Shown piece by piece: positions 1-8,745 of a stretch of 32,890 bases of DNA; position 1 is the stretch's first letter, and the number at the start of each line of letters is the position of its first letter. The stretch is from Spirochaetota bacterium (lineage in GTDB: Bacteria; Spirochaetota; UBA4802; JAFGDQ01). The stretch spans positions 1-32,890 of the forward strand of contig JAZDKB010000031.1 of NCBI GenBank assembly GCA_043803405.1, written 5' to 3'. The notes under the pieces were generated by a model that saw nothing but the letters and a program-made list of their open reading frames with translations, was not told the origin of the DNA and did no database searches. The position numbers and the translations under genes were made by a program.

Positions 1-1869
1 TACTGCCGCATTCAGCGCAAGCAGGTTTGTCTGGAACGATATTTCGTTTATCATTGTGATGATTTCGCCTATTTTCTTGCTCGACTGGCTTATCTCATTT
101 ATCGAGCTTACGGCATTATTTACTATTACAAGCCCGTCTTCCGCCAGTTTGGACGCTTTGTCCGACATTACGTTTGCGTTATTCGCATTGTCGGCGTTCT
201 GTTTTATTGTTGCGGTCGTCTCTTCTATTGTGGATGCTATCTCTTCAAGCGAGGATGCCTGCTCCGCGGTACGCTGCGACAGGTTCTGGTTCCCGCTCGA
301 TATCTGTTCCACAGCCTGGGCCAGCCCCTGTACCGATTCGATTACCCTGGAAAGCAGATCGTCCAGGTTCCCGACTGCGTTGTTAAGTGCTGTCGATATG
401 TCTCCCAGCATGCCTACTTCCTCTTTCTTACCGACCACAAGCCTTTCACTTAAATTCCCGCCCGCAAATTTTTCCGCAAATTCGGAAATATCTTTTATAA
501 GCTTTTCAAGATTATCAACCGAGTTGTTCAGTGTCCGTGAAAGATTTCCGAGCATGCCGATTTCGCCGGCATTGCTAAGGTCAAGCTTATCGGAAAAATC
601 GCCTCTGGAAAACCTGAGGGCAAAATTGACTATATTCGATATTACTTTTTCAAGCAACGCAGACGTATTGTTCAGCACCTCTGTAAGATCGCCGAGCATA
701 CCTGTTTCACTCTTTTTACTTGTATCCAGCCTTCCGGAAAAGTCCCCCCGTGAAAACCGCTCGGCAAATCCGGTAATATCCGTTACGGTCTTCTCTAAAA
801 TTTCCGCAGTATTATTCATTTCTCTTGCGATATCCCCGATCTCATCTCCGGTATTTTTACCTTTATACCTGGATAAAAAATTACCCTTTGCAATATCGCT
901 CAGTACGGCTTTGCACTCATTAAGCGGTTTAAGCCTGTGGGAAATAAATAGATAAATAGCTGCTGCGCAAATCCCTATACCCGCCAGCCCGACAAGTATC
1001 ATAATTATCGCCATTGTACGTGCATCGTCATTCATATCAGAGACATAAATAGTCGCAGCAGAAAAGAATCTGTATTTATCGTTTTTAACAAATGTCTGAA
1101 TTTTACCCTTTCCTTCCCATTCATATCGTACAACAGTCCCGCTCGGGGATGAGAGCATCTTTTTCCCCCAGTCATAATCATTTATATTTAATTTAAATAT
1201 ATTCTCTTTAACAGGATGAGCAAAAACAGAACCATCCAGATTTATAGCATACGGATATCCTGTTTTTCCGATCTTGATTCCCCTTACCAGATTATAGGAG
1301 TAATCGCCGATTCTGCATCGGAGAGCCATTATCCCGATAATCTTATTATTCTGTTTTATCGGATTTGTAATAAGAGCTACCGGGGCTCCTCCCGGTATGA
1401 GTGATTTTTTTGCATCACTGATAAATTCGCGACCATCAAGAGCCTCGCTTATATTTTTTTCATACCCGGTCCAGCTCCAGCGGGCGCCGTCCGTTAACTT
1501 TGATACGCTTGCCAGTATTCTTGGATTTTTTTCAATAGTGGTTATAAAAATATCTTCATATATATTCATTTTTGCGTAATAGCTTTTTAAAAATAAAAGC
1601 GCTTCATCAAAGTCGTTTTTTTTGAAAGCTCTCGCTACCCTTTCATCATCAGCCAGAAATTGAGCTATTTTAAACTGATCATCGTAAAATTCCCTGATCT
1701 GCCTTTCAATCTCGTTGTTAAAATTGCCGAGCTGATTCAAATATGAAGTTTCAACAGCATTATAAGCTGTTTTATAGGAAGTTGCAGTAAGAAAAATCAC
1801 AAGGATAAACACCAGCAAAACAAGCATAGACGAAAGAATCATCTTTAAACTTTTAAATTTATTTTTCAT
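1..1869 (-). CDS. Methyl-accepting chemotaxis protein (TM-dCache-TM, 4 tandem HAMP-like units, MCP signalling domain); 3' end outside window
   Basis: Translated by hand: ATG at 1869 (GGAG RBS upstream), MKNKFKSLKMILSSMLVLLVFILVIFL...; Cache-type KIGKTGYPYAINLDGSVFAHP; second TM; then QRTAEQASSLEEIASTIEE...IGEIITMINEISFQTNLLALNAAV at the edge (canonical MCP motif). The + strand ORF 56..955 is its antisense shadow. Confidence 0.95.
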   Translation of the reverse strand, partial: MKNKFKSLKMILSSMLVLLVFILVIFLTATSYKTAYNAVETSYLNQLGNFNNEIERQIREFYDDQFKIAQFLADDERVARAFKKNDFDEALLFLKSYYAKMNIYEDIFITTIEKNPRILASVSKLTDGARWSWTGYEKNISEALDGREFISDAKKSLIPGGAPVALITNPIKQNNKIIGIMALRCRIGDYSYNLVRGIKIGKTGYPYAINLDGSVFAHPVKENIFKLNINDYDWGKKMLSSPSGTVVRYEWEGKGKIQTFVKNDKYRFFSAATIYVSDMNDDARTMAIIMILVGLAGIGICAAAIYLFISHRLKPLNECKAVLSDIAKGNFLSRYKGKNTGDEIGDIAREMNNTAEILEKTVTDITGFAERFSRGDFSGRLDTSKKSETGMLGDLTEVLNNTSALLEKVISNIVNFALRFSRGDFSDKLDLSNAGEIGMLGNLSRTLNNSVDNLEKLIKDISEFAEKFAGGNLSERLVVGKKEEVGMLGDISTALNNAVGNLDDLLSRVIESVQGLAQAVEQISSGNQNLSQRTAEQASSLEEIASTIEETTATIKQNADNANNANVMSDKASKLAEDGLVIVNNAVSSINEISQSSKKIGEIITMINEISFQTNLLALNAAV

Positions 1870-1950
1870 TAGAGACTCCGGAAAAAATTATTAAGCCAGT
1901 TTTTTAAAAAAAAATTTATTATTAATTCTAAATATATATAGCTGGTTAAA

Positions 1951-1979
1951 ATTATAACTTCTTTGATAAAAAAATGCAA
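1951..1979 (-). promoter_or_regulatory. sigma70-type promoter for the MCP gene
   Basis: Minus strand TTGCAT (1979-1974), 17 bp spacer, TATAAT (1956-1951). Confidence 0.55.
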
Positions 1980-2062
1980 ATTTTTTATTATTTTTTTAAC
2001 TTTGCGGGACTATTGGCTTCTAAATTTAATCTGAACAATAAGCAGTAAATTGTTTTTTCATC

Positions 2063-2091
2063 TTGCTAAATTGTTATCTATAGTGTATTAT
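2063..2091 (+). promoter_or_regulatory. sigma70-type promoter candidate upstream of fapA
   Basis: TTGCTA (2063-2068), 17 bp, TATTAT (2086-2091); a second candidate TTGTTC-18-TATAAT lies at 2216-2245. Confidence 0.4.
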
Positions 2092-2093
2092 GA

Positions 2094-2170
2094 TTTAGAG
2101 CGCGTCCTAAAACCTATTGTGATATCGCAATAGTAAACAATAATATATGGATTTTAGAATGCACTTTTAA
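2094..2170. repeat. Short MITE-like inverted-repeat element
   Basis: TTTAGAGCGCGTCCTAAAA (2094-2112) and TTTTAGAATGCACTTTTAA (2152-2170) are imperfect inverted repeats (14/19); internal palindrome CTATTGTGATATCGCAATAG (2114-2133); left end 16/20 identical to 4111-4130. Confidence 0.5.
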
Positions 2171-2284
2171 CAATAAATATAAAGAAAAGTTAAATATTTA
2201 ATAAATTGCAGCAAATTGTTCGATAATTAGCACATAAGGTATAATTTTAAAATCTGACTATACTTCTATATAAAAATATAAAAA

Positions 2285-4012
2285 ATGAAATATATTATCT
2301 TTTATTTTGATATTGCTGCCACCAGAATTTTCAACGAAAAGACCGATGCCATGGGGAATGCATCAATGGTTCTTTCGTCACCGAATAATTTTGTTTCCGG
2401 CAATGAAATAGTTGCAAAGATTGTTAACGTAAACGAACCCGAAGAACTGGACGGGCATCTGGACGAAGGCTACAATTTTCACATGTACCAGAAATATCTC
2501 CCGGTAAAAGCCGGTGAAGGTATAATATTTGATCCTGTAGATTCGGTTTTTAAATCATCCGAATACGGATTTGCGTCATATAATAAGGACAAATCCTCAA
2601 TAATACTGCTCAATCCGCTAAGAATACAGAAAGATAAAATGAAAGCTTTCTACATCGTATTCCCCACAAAGTTTAATAAAATTCCAACCGTGCAGGAAAT
2701 TGAAGAAAATTTAATTAAAAATAAAATTTATACAATAATTGATAAAAACACCTTGGCACATGATCTTGAATCGGTTGATTTGAATACTCCGCAGGTTAAA
2801 AGAATTAAAGTCGCGCAGGGAAAGGAACCGAAAAACGGTGTCAATGAACACTTCCTGCCGCTTATAGATTTTGAAAAAAAAGCAGGCAAAATGCTTGAAG
2901 ACGGAAGCATTGACTTTAAAGAGATCGGTGCAATAATCGAAATAAAACAAAGACAGGCAATTTTAAAAAGGATACCTGCAGAAACAACGCAGGACGGATT
3001 TAATATATACGGAAATAAGGTTGAAGGAACAATGAATGATACAGATGGATATTCGGTCGGCGAAAATATTGTTCCTTCAGTAGATCCAAATATTTATACG
3101 TCAACAATAGACGGCTGTCTTGATGTTAATAAAAGAACAGTCTCAGTATCGCCAATTTCCTTTATTAAAAGCGATGTAGGCTATGAATCGGGGAATATCG
3201 ATTTTCACGGAACAGTACATGTAAAAGGATCTGTTCTGCCGGGTTTTACGGTAAAAGCAAAAGGAGATGTTATCGTCGACAAAGCTGTTACTGACGCAGT
3301 AATTGAAGCCGATGGAAATATTACTGTAAAATTAGGCATAGAAGGTAAAGGGCTTACAAAAGTTGTTGCAGGCGGGAATGTAAAAGCAAAATTTATCTTT
3401 AACTCCTATGTTGAGGCAATGGGTACAATACAGGTTGATGACTCTATAATAAACAGCAGTACATTTTCAAACGATAAAATTATTGTAACTGATAAACACG
3501 GAAAAATAATCGGCGGAGAAACGACTGCTTTTCATTCAATACATGCGAAAATTTCAGGCGTTCCGAACGAAAATAAAACGATCCTTACAGTGGGAAAAAA
3601 TATTTATGTTGAAAAGGAGCTTGCAGATATAAAAAGCAGAATGCTGCCTATAAAAAATCAAATTGATGAAATTACACAAAAACTAAAAACCAGCTTTGGC
3701 GAGGAAATATTTTCCAATCCAAAAGGCCTTATCGCCATATTACCGCCTATAAAAAAGAAACCATGTCTGGCGCTGCTTTCCGAACTTTCTTCAAAGAACA
3801 AAGAATTAAAAGTGCTAAGTGAAGAATATAAGATAAAAGAAAACGAACTGATATTTGAGGTGGAACCGGTAATAGAAATATCCAGCAAGGTTTATCCGGG
3901 GACATTTATAAAAATTAAAAAGATATACAGAATGATAGATGAGGAATTGCATAATGTTAAATTTTTTGAGGACCCGGAACAAAAAATTATTCGTTTTACA
4001 TCTGCAGTATAG
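2285..4012 (+). CDS. FapA family (DUF342) flagellar assembly protein
   Basis: 575 aa; AQGKEPKNG, DGSIDFKE, SGNIDFHGTVHVKGSVLPGFTVKAKGDV beta-solenoid, GKIIGG, coiled coil, VYPGTFIKI are typical DUF342 motifs. Confidence 0.9.
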   Translation: MKYIIFYFDIAATRIFNEKTDAMGNASMVLSSPNNFVSGNEIVAKIVNVNEPEELDGHLDEGYNFHMYQKYLPVKAGEGIIFDPVDSVFKSSEYGFASYNKDKSSIILLNPLRIQKDKMKAFYIVFPTKFNKIPTVQEIEENLIKNKIYTIIDKNTLAHDLESVDLNTPQVKRIKVAQGKEPKNGVNEHFLPLIDFEKKAGKMLEDGSIDFKEIGAIIEIKQRQAILKRIPAETTQDGFNIYGNKVEGTMNDTDGYSVGENIVPSVDPNIYTSTIDGCLDVNKRTVSVSPISFIKSDVGYESGNIDFHGTVHVKGSVLPGFTVKAKGDVIVDKAVTDAVIEADGNITVKLGIEGKGLTKVVAGGNVKAKFIFNSYVEAMGTIQVDDSIINSSTFSNDKIIVTDKHGKIIGGETTAFHSIHAKISGVPNENKTILTVGKNIYVEKELADIKSRMLPIKNQIDEITQKLKTSFGEEIFSNPKGLIAILPPIKKKPCLALLSELSSKNKELKVLSEEYKIKENELIFEVEPVIEISSKVYPGTFIKIKKIYRMIDEELHNVKFFEDPEQKIIRFTSAV

Positions 4013-4065
4013 TAACCTTGAATTTTTTTGTTGACATCAGTTGCATTAATTAAGGAATATAAAAG

Positions 4066-4101
4066 AAAAATCGGGATTTACCCGATTTTTTTATTTTTTT
4101 T
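4066..4101 (+). terminator. Rho-independent terminator after fapA (possibly bidirectional)
   Basis: AAAAATCGGG-attta-CCCGATTTTT followed by T tract and preceded by A tract. Confidence 0.7.
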
Positions 4102-4107
4102 AAATAC

Positions 4108-4300
4108 TTGTTTAGAGCGAGTTTTTAAACAAATAAAATTCCCCGGGGCAAGCCCCCGGTGCTTTCGCACCGGCTTCCGCCTTCGGCGTCAGCGGGGTAT
4201 TATGTTTCAAGGCGTTATCAATTTGTGTGCAAGCACACAAATTGATAGGCTTACATCCTCGACGCAGGCGTCGAGGATGTAAGCCTTGAAATAAAAACTT
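4108..4300. repeat. GC-rich multi-hairpin REP/MITE-like element upstream of argF
   Basis: AATTCCCCG...CGGGGTATT (4137-4201) enclosing GGGGC-aa-GCCCC, CCGGTGC-tttc-GCACCGG and CGCC-ttc-GGCG; TATCAATTTGTGTGC-aa-GCACACAAATTGATA (4216-4247); perfect 19-bp stem AGGCTTACATCCTCGACGC-ag-GCGTCGAGGATGTAAGCCT (4247-4286). Confidence 0.75.
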
Positions 4301-4318
4301 AATAAGGGGTATACTAAT

Positions 4319-5263
4319 TTGAAAATCCCGAAAATAAAAACAAAAGATTTGCTTAGAATTTCAGATTTATCGAAAGACGAAATATTAAATATTTTCAATT
4401 TTTCATCCAGGCTTAAAAAAGAAAAAAATTGCAGCAGAAACCGCAAGTATTTGTGCGGCAAGACCCTTGGAATGATATTTGAAAAAAGTTCAACGAGAAC
4501 ACGCGTATCCTTTGAAACCGGGATGTTTCAGCTTGGCGGGTATGCCCTTTTCCTGGATAGCAGCGATATACAGCTCGGAAGAGGCGAAACTATAGAGGAT
4601 ACGGCCAAAGTACTTTCCAAATACCTTGACGCTATTATGATAAGAACTTTTTCTCATTCCAAGGTGGAAGAACTTGCTTTTAACTCAACCATCCCGGTCA
4701 TTAATGGACTGTCAGACAGTACTCATCCATGCCAGGCTCTTGCAGATTTTTTTACTATCTATGAAAGAGCCAGAGATTTGACACAGGTTAAGTTATTTTA
4801 CATAGGGGACGGCAATAATGTTGCTAATTCACTGCTTCTTGGCGCAGCGGTTCTGGGCATGGAAATTTCTCTTGCCTGTCCCAAGCCCTGCTTTCCTGAT
4901 AAAGAAATAGTTGAAAAAGCCCGCCAAATATCCCTTAACTCCGGTGCGAAAATTACAATAACAGAAGATATTGATGTAGCTGCAAAAGGAGCAAATTTTA
5001 TTTATACAGACGTATGGGTCAGTATGGGACAGGAAAAAGAACTGAAAAAGAAAGAGAAAATGCTTGCTAAATATAAGATATCCGGGGAAATACTGGGTAA
5101 ATGCGCTCCGGGATGTCTTGTAATGCACTGTCTGCCTGCTCACAGAGGCAAAGAAATTGACAGCGATGTTATGGACAGCGACAGATCGGTTATTCTGGAT
5201 CAGGCGGAGAACAGGCTTCATGTTCAAAAAGCAATTCTTTGCTCATTAATAAAGTGTAAATAA
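4319..5263 (+). CDS. argF: Ornithine carbamoyltransferase
   Basis: FEKSSTRTRVSFE, HPCQ, DVWVSMG and HCLP motifs; TTG start with AAGGGG RBS; next to argG. Confidence 0.97.
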   Translation: MKIPKIKTKDLLRISDLSKDEILNIFNFSSRLKKEKNCSRNRKYLCGKTLGMIFEKSSTRTRVSFETGMFQLGGYALFLDSSDIQLGRGETIEDTAKVLSKYLDAIMIRTFSHSKVEELAFNSTIPVINGLSDSTHPCQALADFFTIYERARDLTQVKLFYIGDGNNVANSLLLGAAVLGMEISLACPKPCFPDKEIVEKARQISLNSGAKITITEDIDVAAKGANFIYTDVWVSMGQEKELKKKEKMLAKYKISGEILGKCAPGCLVMHCLPAHRGKEIDSDVMDSDRSVILDQAENRLHVQKAILCSLIKCK

Positions 5264-5287
5264 TAACTCTTACGAGGTCATATATAA

Positions 5288-6490
5288 ATGAATGTAAAAA
5301 AAGTTGTGCTCGCATATTCAGGAGGTCTTGATACTTCCATAATAGTTAAATGGCTGCTGGAAACGTATAACTGTGAAGTTATTTGTTTTGCCGCAAATGT
5401 AGGACAGGAAGAAGAGCTGGATGGTCTCGAAGAAAAAGCAAAAAAAACCGGGGCCAGCAAGTGCTATATAGAAGATATGCAGGATGAATTTGTCAGGGAC
5501 TATGTATTTCAGGCAATAAAAGCCGGTGCTATTTACGAGAACCGGTATCTTCTGGGAACATCGCTTGCAAGGCCACCAATCGCGAAAAAACAGATCGAGA
5601 TTGCTCTTAAAGAAGGCGCCGATTCAGTATGCCATGGCGCGACAGGAAAAGGCAATGACCAGGTAAGATTCGAGATGACATTCATGTCGCTCGCGCCGCA
5701 GATAAACATAATCGCTCCATGGAGAATCTGGGACATGAACTCCAGGTCGCAGTTATTTGATTTTGCTGCAAAGCACAATATTCCTGTTCCGGTTACAAAA
5801 GATAAACCTTACAGCATGGATAGAAATATACTTCATATTTCCTATGAAGGCGGAATTCTGGAAGACGGATACAGGGAAGCGGATAAAAGCATGTTTTTAC
5901 TTACAAAGGCTCCCGAGGATGCCCCGGATAAGCCGACATACCTCGAAATAGCTTTTAAAGAAGGAATTCCGACAGCTATTAACGGGGAAAAACTGGATCC
6001 GGTTTCTTTAATGAAAAAACTGAATAAAACAGCAGGGGAAAACGGAGTCGGTAGAATTGATATTATAGAAAACAGGCTGGTCGGCATGAAATCCCGCGGT
6101 GTATATGAAACACCCGCAGGCACTGTGCTTCATATCGCGCACCGCGATCTGGAAGCTATGACTCTGGATAAAGAAACGCAGCATCTCAAAGACAAGCTCG
6201 CAATTGAATATGCGACTCTTGTTTACAACGGGCTCTGGTTTACAAAAAAAAGAGAAGCCCTCGATGCTTTTATTGACGAAACCCAAAAGAATGTAACAGG
6301 CACAGTAAGAGTTAAACTTTATAAAGGCCATTGCATTGCCGTTGGGAGAAAAGCGGACAGGTCTTTATATAATCCCGAAATCGCCACTTTTGACGCAAGC
6401 AAATTATACGATCAAAAAGACGCTTCCGGTTTTATGAACATCTTCGGGCTTCCTTTAAAAATAGAAGCAATGTCGAAAGGAAAAAAATAA
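5288..6490 (+). CDS. argG: Argininosuccinate synthase
   Basis: [40 protein letters not shown] motifs. Confidence 0.98.
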   Translation: MNVKKVVLAYSGGLDTSIIVKWLLETYNCEVICFAANVGQEEELDGLEEKAKKTGASKCYIEDMQDEFVRDYVFQAIKAGAIYENRYLLGTSLARPPIAKKQIEIALKEGADSVCHGATGKGNDQVRFEMTFMSLAPQINIIAPWRIWDMNSRSQLFDFAAKHNIPVPVTKDKPYSMDRNILHISYEGGILEDGYREADKSMFLLTKAPEDAPDKPTYLEIAFKEGIPTAINGEKLDPVSLMKKLNKTAGENGVGRIDIIENRLVGMKSRGVYETPAGTVLHIAHRDLEAMTLDKETQHLKDKLAIEYATLVYNGLWFTKKREALDAFIDETQKNVTGTVRVKLYKGHCIAVGRKADRSLYNPEIATFDASKLYDQKDASGFMNIFGLPLKIEAMSKGKK

Positions 6491-6684
6491 TATTGTTAAG
6501 GAATTCATCATAAAAAACAAAAAAGATTTCGCGTTTAAATAAAATTTCGATATTTGATTTTTTATGCTTTACAGATATATTTATATATGGAAGATGTAAA
6601 ATTCGCTTTAACCTTATGGCATATAATATATAAACTGGTTCGCTGTAAGATTAACAAAATTCAAGTATCTCTACTAAAAAATTC

Positions 6685-6713
6685 TTTACGAATAATAAAA
6701 TATTTAGTATCAT
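6685..6713 (+). promoter_or_regulatory. sigma70-type promoter candidate for the STAS gene
   Basis: TTTACG (6685-6690), 17 bp, TATCAT (6708-6713); GGAGG RBS downstream. Confidence 0.4.
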
Positions 6714-6751
6714 TACCTAAACATATTGCATGCGGAGGCTCAGCACAATAG

Positions 6752-7075
6752 ATGGAAATAGAGTTCAAAGATATTGGCGAACATAAAGTAATAGAAGTAA
6801 CAGGCGAAGTTGACCTTTATAATGTAAGTGAATTAAAGAAAGCGCTTTTCAGCATTACGGACGGACGTGTAAAAAGCGTTGTAGTAGACATGAAAAACGT
6901 TAACTATATGGATTCTTCGGGAATTGGCGCGCTTGTTGCTGGCCAGAAAAAGATGAGAGCACACAACGGAACTTTTGCATTAATGAATATTGCGGAAGAT
7001 GTTTTAAATATACTTAAGCTAGCTACTCTGGATAAATTTTTTAAAATATTATCGGACGAAAACGACCTGTATTAA
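6752..7075 (+). CDS. STAS-domain anti-sigma factor antagonist (SpoIIAA/RsbV family)
   Basis: 107 aa; GEVDLYN and VDMKNVNYMDSSGIGALV containing the conserved phosphoacceptor Ser. Confidence 0.95.
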   Translation: MEIEFKDIGEHKVIEVTGEVDLYNVSELKKALFSITDGRVKSVVVDMKNVNYMDSSGIGALVAGQKKMRAHNGTFALMNIAEDVLNILKLATLDKFFKILSDENDLY

Positions 7076-7108
7076 TTTTAATCCTATTATACCTGCCTGC
7101 ATCCTGAG

Positions 7109-8740
7109 TCATTGAACTCGTTTTAAAACAAGAACAGTCATGTCGTCATGAGGCGGTACATCACCCCTGAAATTATCAACATCATTTACTATTTTTTCAA
7201 CTAAGCCGGCCGGATCAAGTCCGGCATTTTCTATAACCAGTTTCTGCAATCTAAGTCTCCCATATTCTTCTTTTTCCGCATTTCTCATTTCCGTTATACC
7301 GTCAGTATACAATACTACAATATCTCCGGGCGAAAGCTTCACCTTTGCCTGCAAATATTCAGCATCTTCCATTATTCCGATCGGCATGCCTTCGAGCTTG
7401 GCAATGCTGCAGGAATTAAGTAAGGATTTATAGCAAAACAACGGCCCGTGGCCTGCATTGGAAAACGCGACTTCTTCGCTTGATCTGTCGTAAATCATAA
7501 AGAATAGTGTCGCGAATTTATCTATCGCAAAATCCGCGCTGAGAGAATCATTAATCGCTTTGACTACGCTGGAGCATTGTACATCGCCCCTGCTGATATA
7601 GGAAATAAATACTGTTCTGATCATTACCATTACAAGCGATGCCGGTACGCCTTTGCCGGATACGTCGCTTATGAGAGCGCCTACCCTGTTATCGTCAATG
7701 TCAATATAATCAAAATAATCACCGCCTACGCCTTTGGCAGCTCTGGTGAAACCTTTTATCTGGATGCCGTTTTTATCATAAAATCCCATGGGGTTTAAGC
7801 CTTCCTGTATCTCCTTAGCAAGTTCAAGCTGTTCTTCCATAACCCTGGATTCAACTTCCCTTTCCTTTGCTTTTTTTAAATGCTCAGTCATTTCGTTGAA
7901 TTCATAGGCCAGCCTTCCAAGCTCATCTGAAGACTTAAGCTCAATTTTGTAGTCCAGATCTCCGGAGCCGATCATTGCGGCGCCCTGTGAAAGCTTTCTC
8001 ACGGGAACAATAGTCATTCTTGCAAGCATAACCGCGCCGATTGTAGCGAGTCCTAAAAAGAAAACAGCAAAGATAATGACCGCAATGGTTGCCTTTGCGA
8101 TAGCGTCCCTTATGATCTTGTCCGAGAATCCAAGTCTGACAGTGCCGGTCCTTGTTTCCTTATACAATGGATGCATAACCGGAACTGAAAAATCATATAT
8201 CATTCCTGCTTTATCCATAGGGTCAGGGTATTGTATAAGCAAAGGCTTTTTAATCTCTTTATATTCCGCAGCTTTTTTTGTAATATCGTCATCCATTGCC
8301 GCTCCGCCGGATTCAGTTACGCCTTTCTCTGCAGTGTAATTCTGAATTATTTTATTATTCGGATCAAGTATGTAGGCGTATTTTATCGAAGGAACTTTTT
8401 GCAGATTCTTTAACGTATCGATCATTGAAAGGACATCGCCTCCGGGCACAAGAGAAAGGCTGGCTGTATTCCGCAAATGTTCTATTTCTCTTTCCGCGAA
8501 TTTTACTATTTCTGTGGTTAAAATTGCGCTTTCTTCTCTGATAAAATATACGGCCATTATAATGCTTATCAAAGCTACAATGGGGATCATGGTCATGTAG
8601 AATTTTTTCGTTAGGCTGAATTTTACTTTCGGAGTTGCTATTGTATTTGATGCGGCCGGATCAACGCCTTTGCTTTTATCTTTCTCCGTATCTGTTTTCT
8701 TTTCTTTATCGCTTTTCATTTTTTCACTATCATCTTTCAT
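7109..8740 (-). CDS. Membrane-bound HAMP + SpoIIE/RsbU-type PP2C phosphatase
   Basis: Two TM helices, periplasmic domain, HAMP (DELGRLAYEFNEM), PP2C motifs VGGDYFD, DVSGKGVPA, NAGH, YTDGITE, HDDMT. Confidence 0.93.
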   Translation of the reverse strand: MKDDSEKMKSDKEKKTDTEKDKSKGVDPAASNTIATPKVKFSLTKKFYMTMIPIVALISIIMAVYFIREESAILTTEIVKFAEREIEHLRNTASLSLVPGGDVLSMIDTLKNLQKVPSIKYAYILDPNNKIIQNYTAEKGVTESGGAAMDDDITKKAAEYKEIKKPLLIQYPDPMDKAGMIYDFSVPVMHPLYKETRTGTVRLGFSDKIIRDAIAKATIAVIIFAVFFLGLATIGAVMLARMTIVPVRKLSQGAAMIGSGDLDYKIELKSSDELGRLAYEFNEMTEHLKKAKEREVESRVMEEQLELAKEIQEGLNPMGFYDKNGIQIKGFTRAAKGVGGDYFDYIDIDDNRVGALISDVSGKGVPASLVMVMIRTVFISYISRGDVQCSSVVKAINDSLSADFAIDKFATLFFMIYDRSSEEVAFSNAGHGPLFCYKSLLNSCSIAKLEGMPIGIMEDAEYLQAKVKLSPGDIVVLYTDGITEMRNAEKEEYGRLRLQKLVIENAGLDPAGLVEKIVNDVDNFRGDVPPHDDMTVLVLKRVQ

Positions 8741-8745
8741 TTAAT

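Noticed and set aside
56..955. 299-aa + strand ORF, plus small ORFs at 174, 1216 and 1397
   Set aside because: Antisense shadows of the minus-strand MCP gene; Ser/Leu/Phe-rich with no motifs
2199..2226. sigma28 promoter for fapA (TAAA...TTCGATAA)
   Set aside because: Spacing is 13 rather than about 15 and the -10 has two mismatches
4031..4060. TTGACA promoter with ARG box for argFG
   Set aside because: -10 is poor and TGCATTAATTAAGGA fits only one half of the ArgR consensus
4137..4201. Cloverleaf-like fold as a tRNA
   Set aside because: No TTCGA T-loop, D-loop consensus or 7-nt anticodon loop; loops are only 2-4 nt
4028..4282. 84-aa ORF across the hairpin element (and 4207..4461 minus)
   Set aside because: No RBS, crosses a terminator and palindromes; the open frame is explained by GC-rich repeats
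6554..6751. 65-aa ORF upstream of STAS (also 18920..19132)
   Set aside because: AT-rich intergenic or antisense frames without RBS; the first overlaps predicted promoter elements, the second overlaps the 117-aa gene antisense
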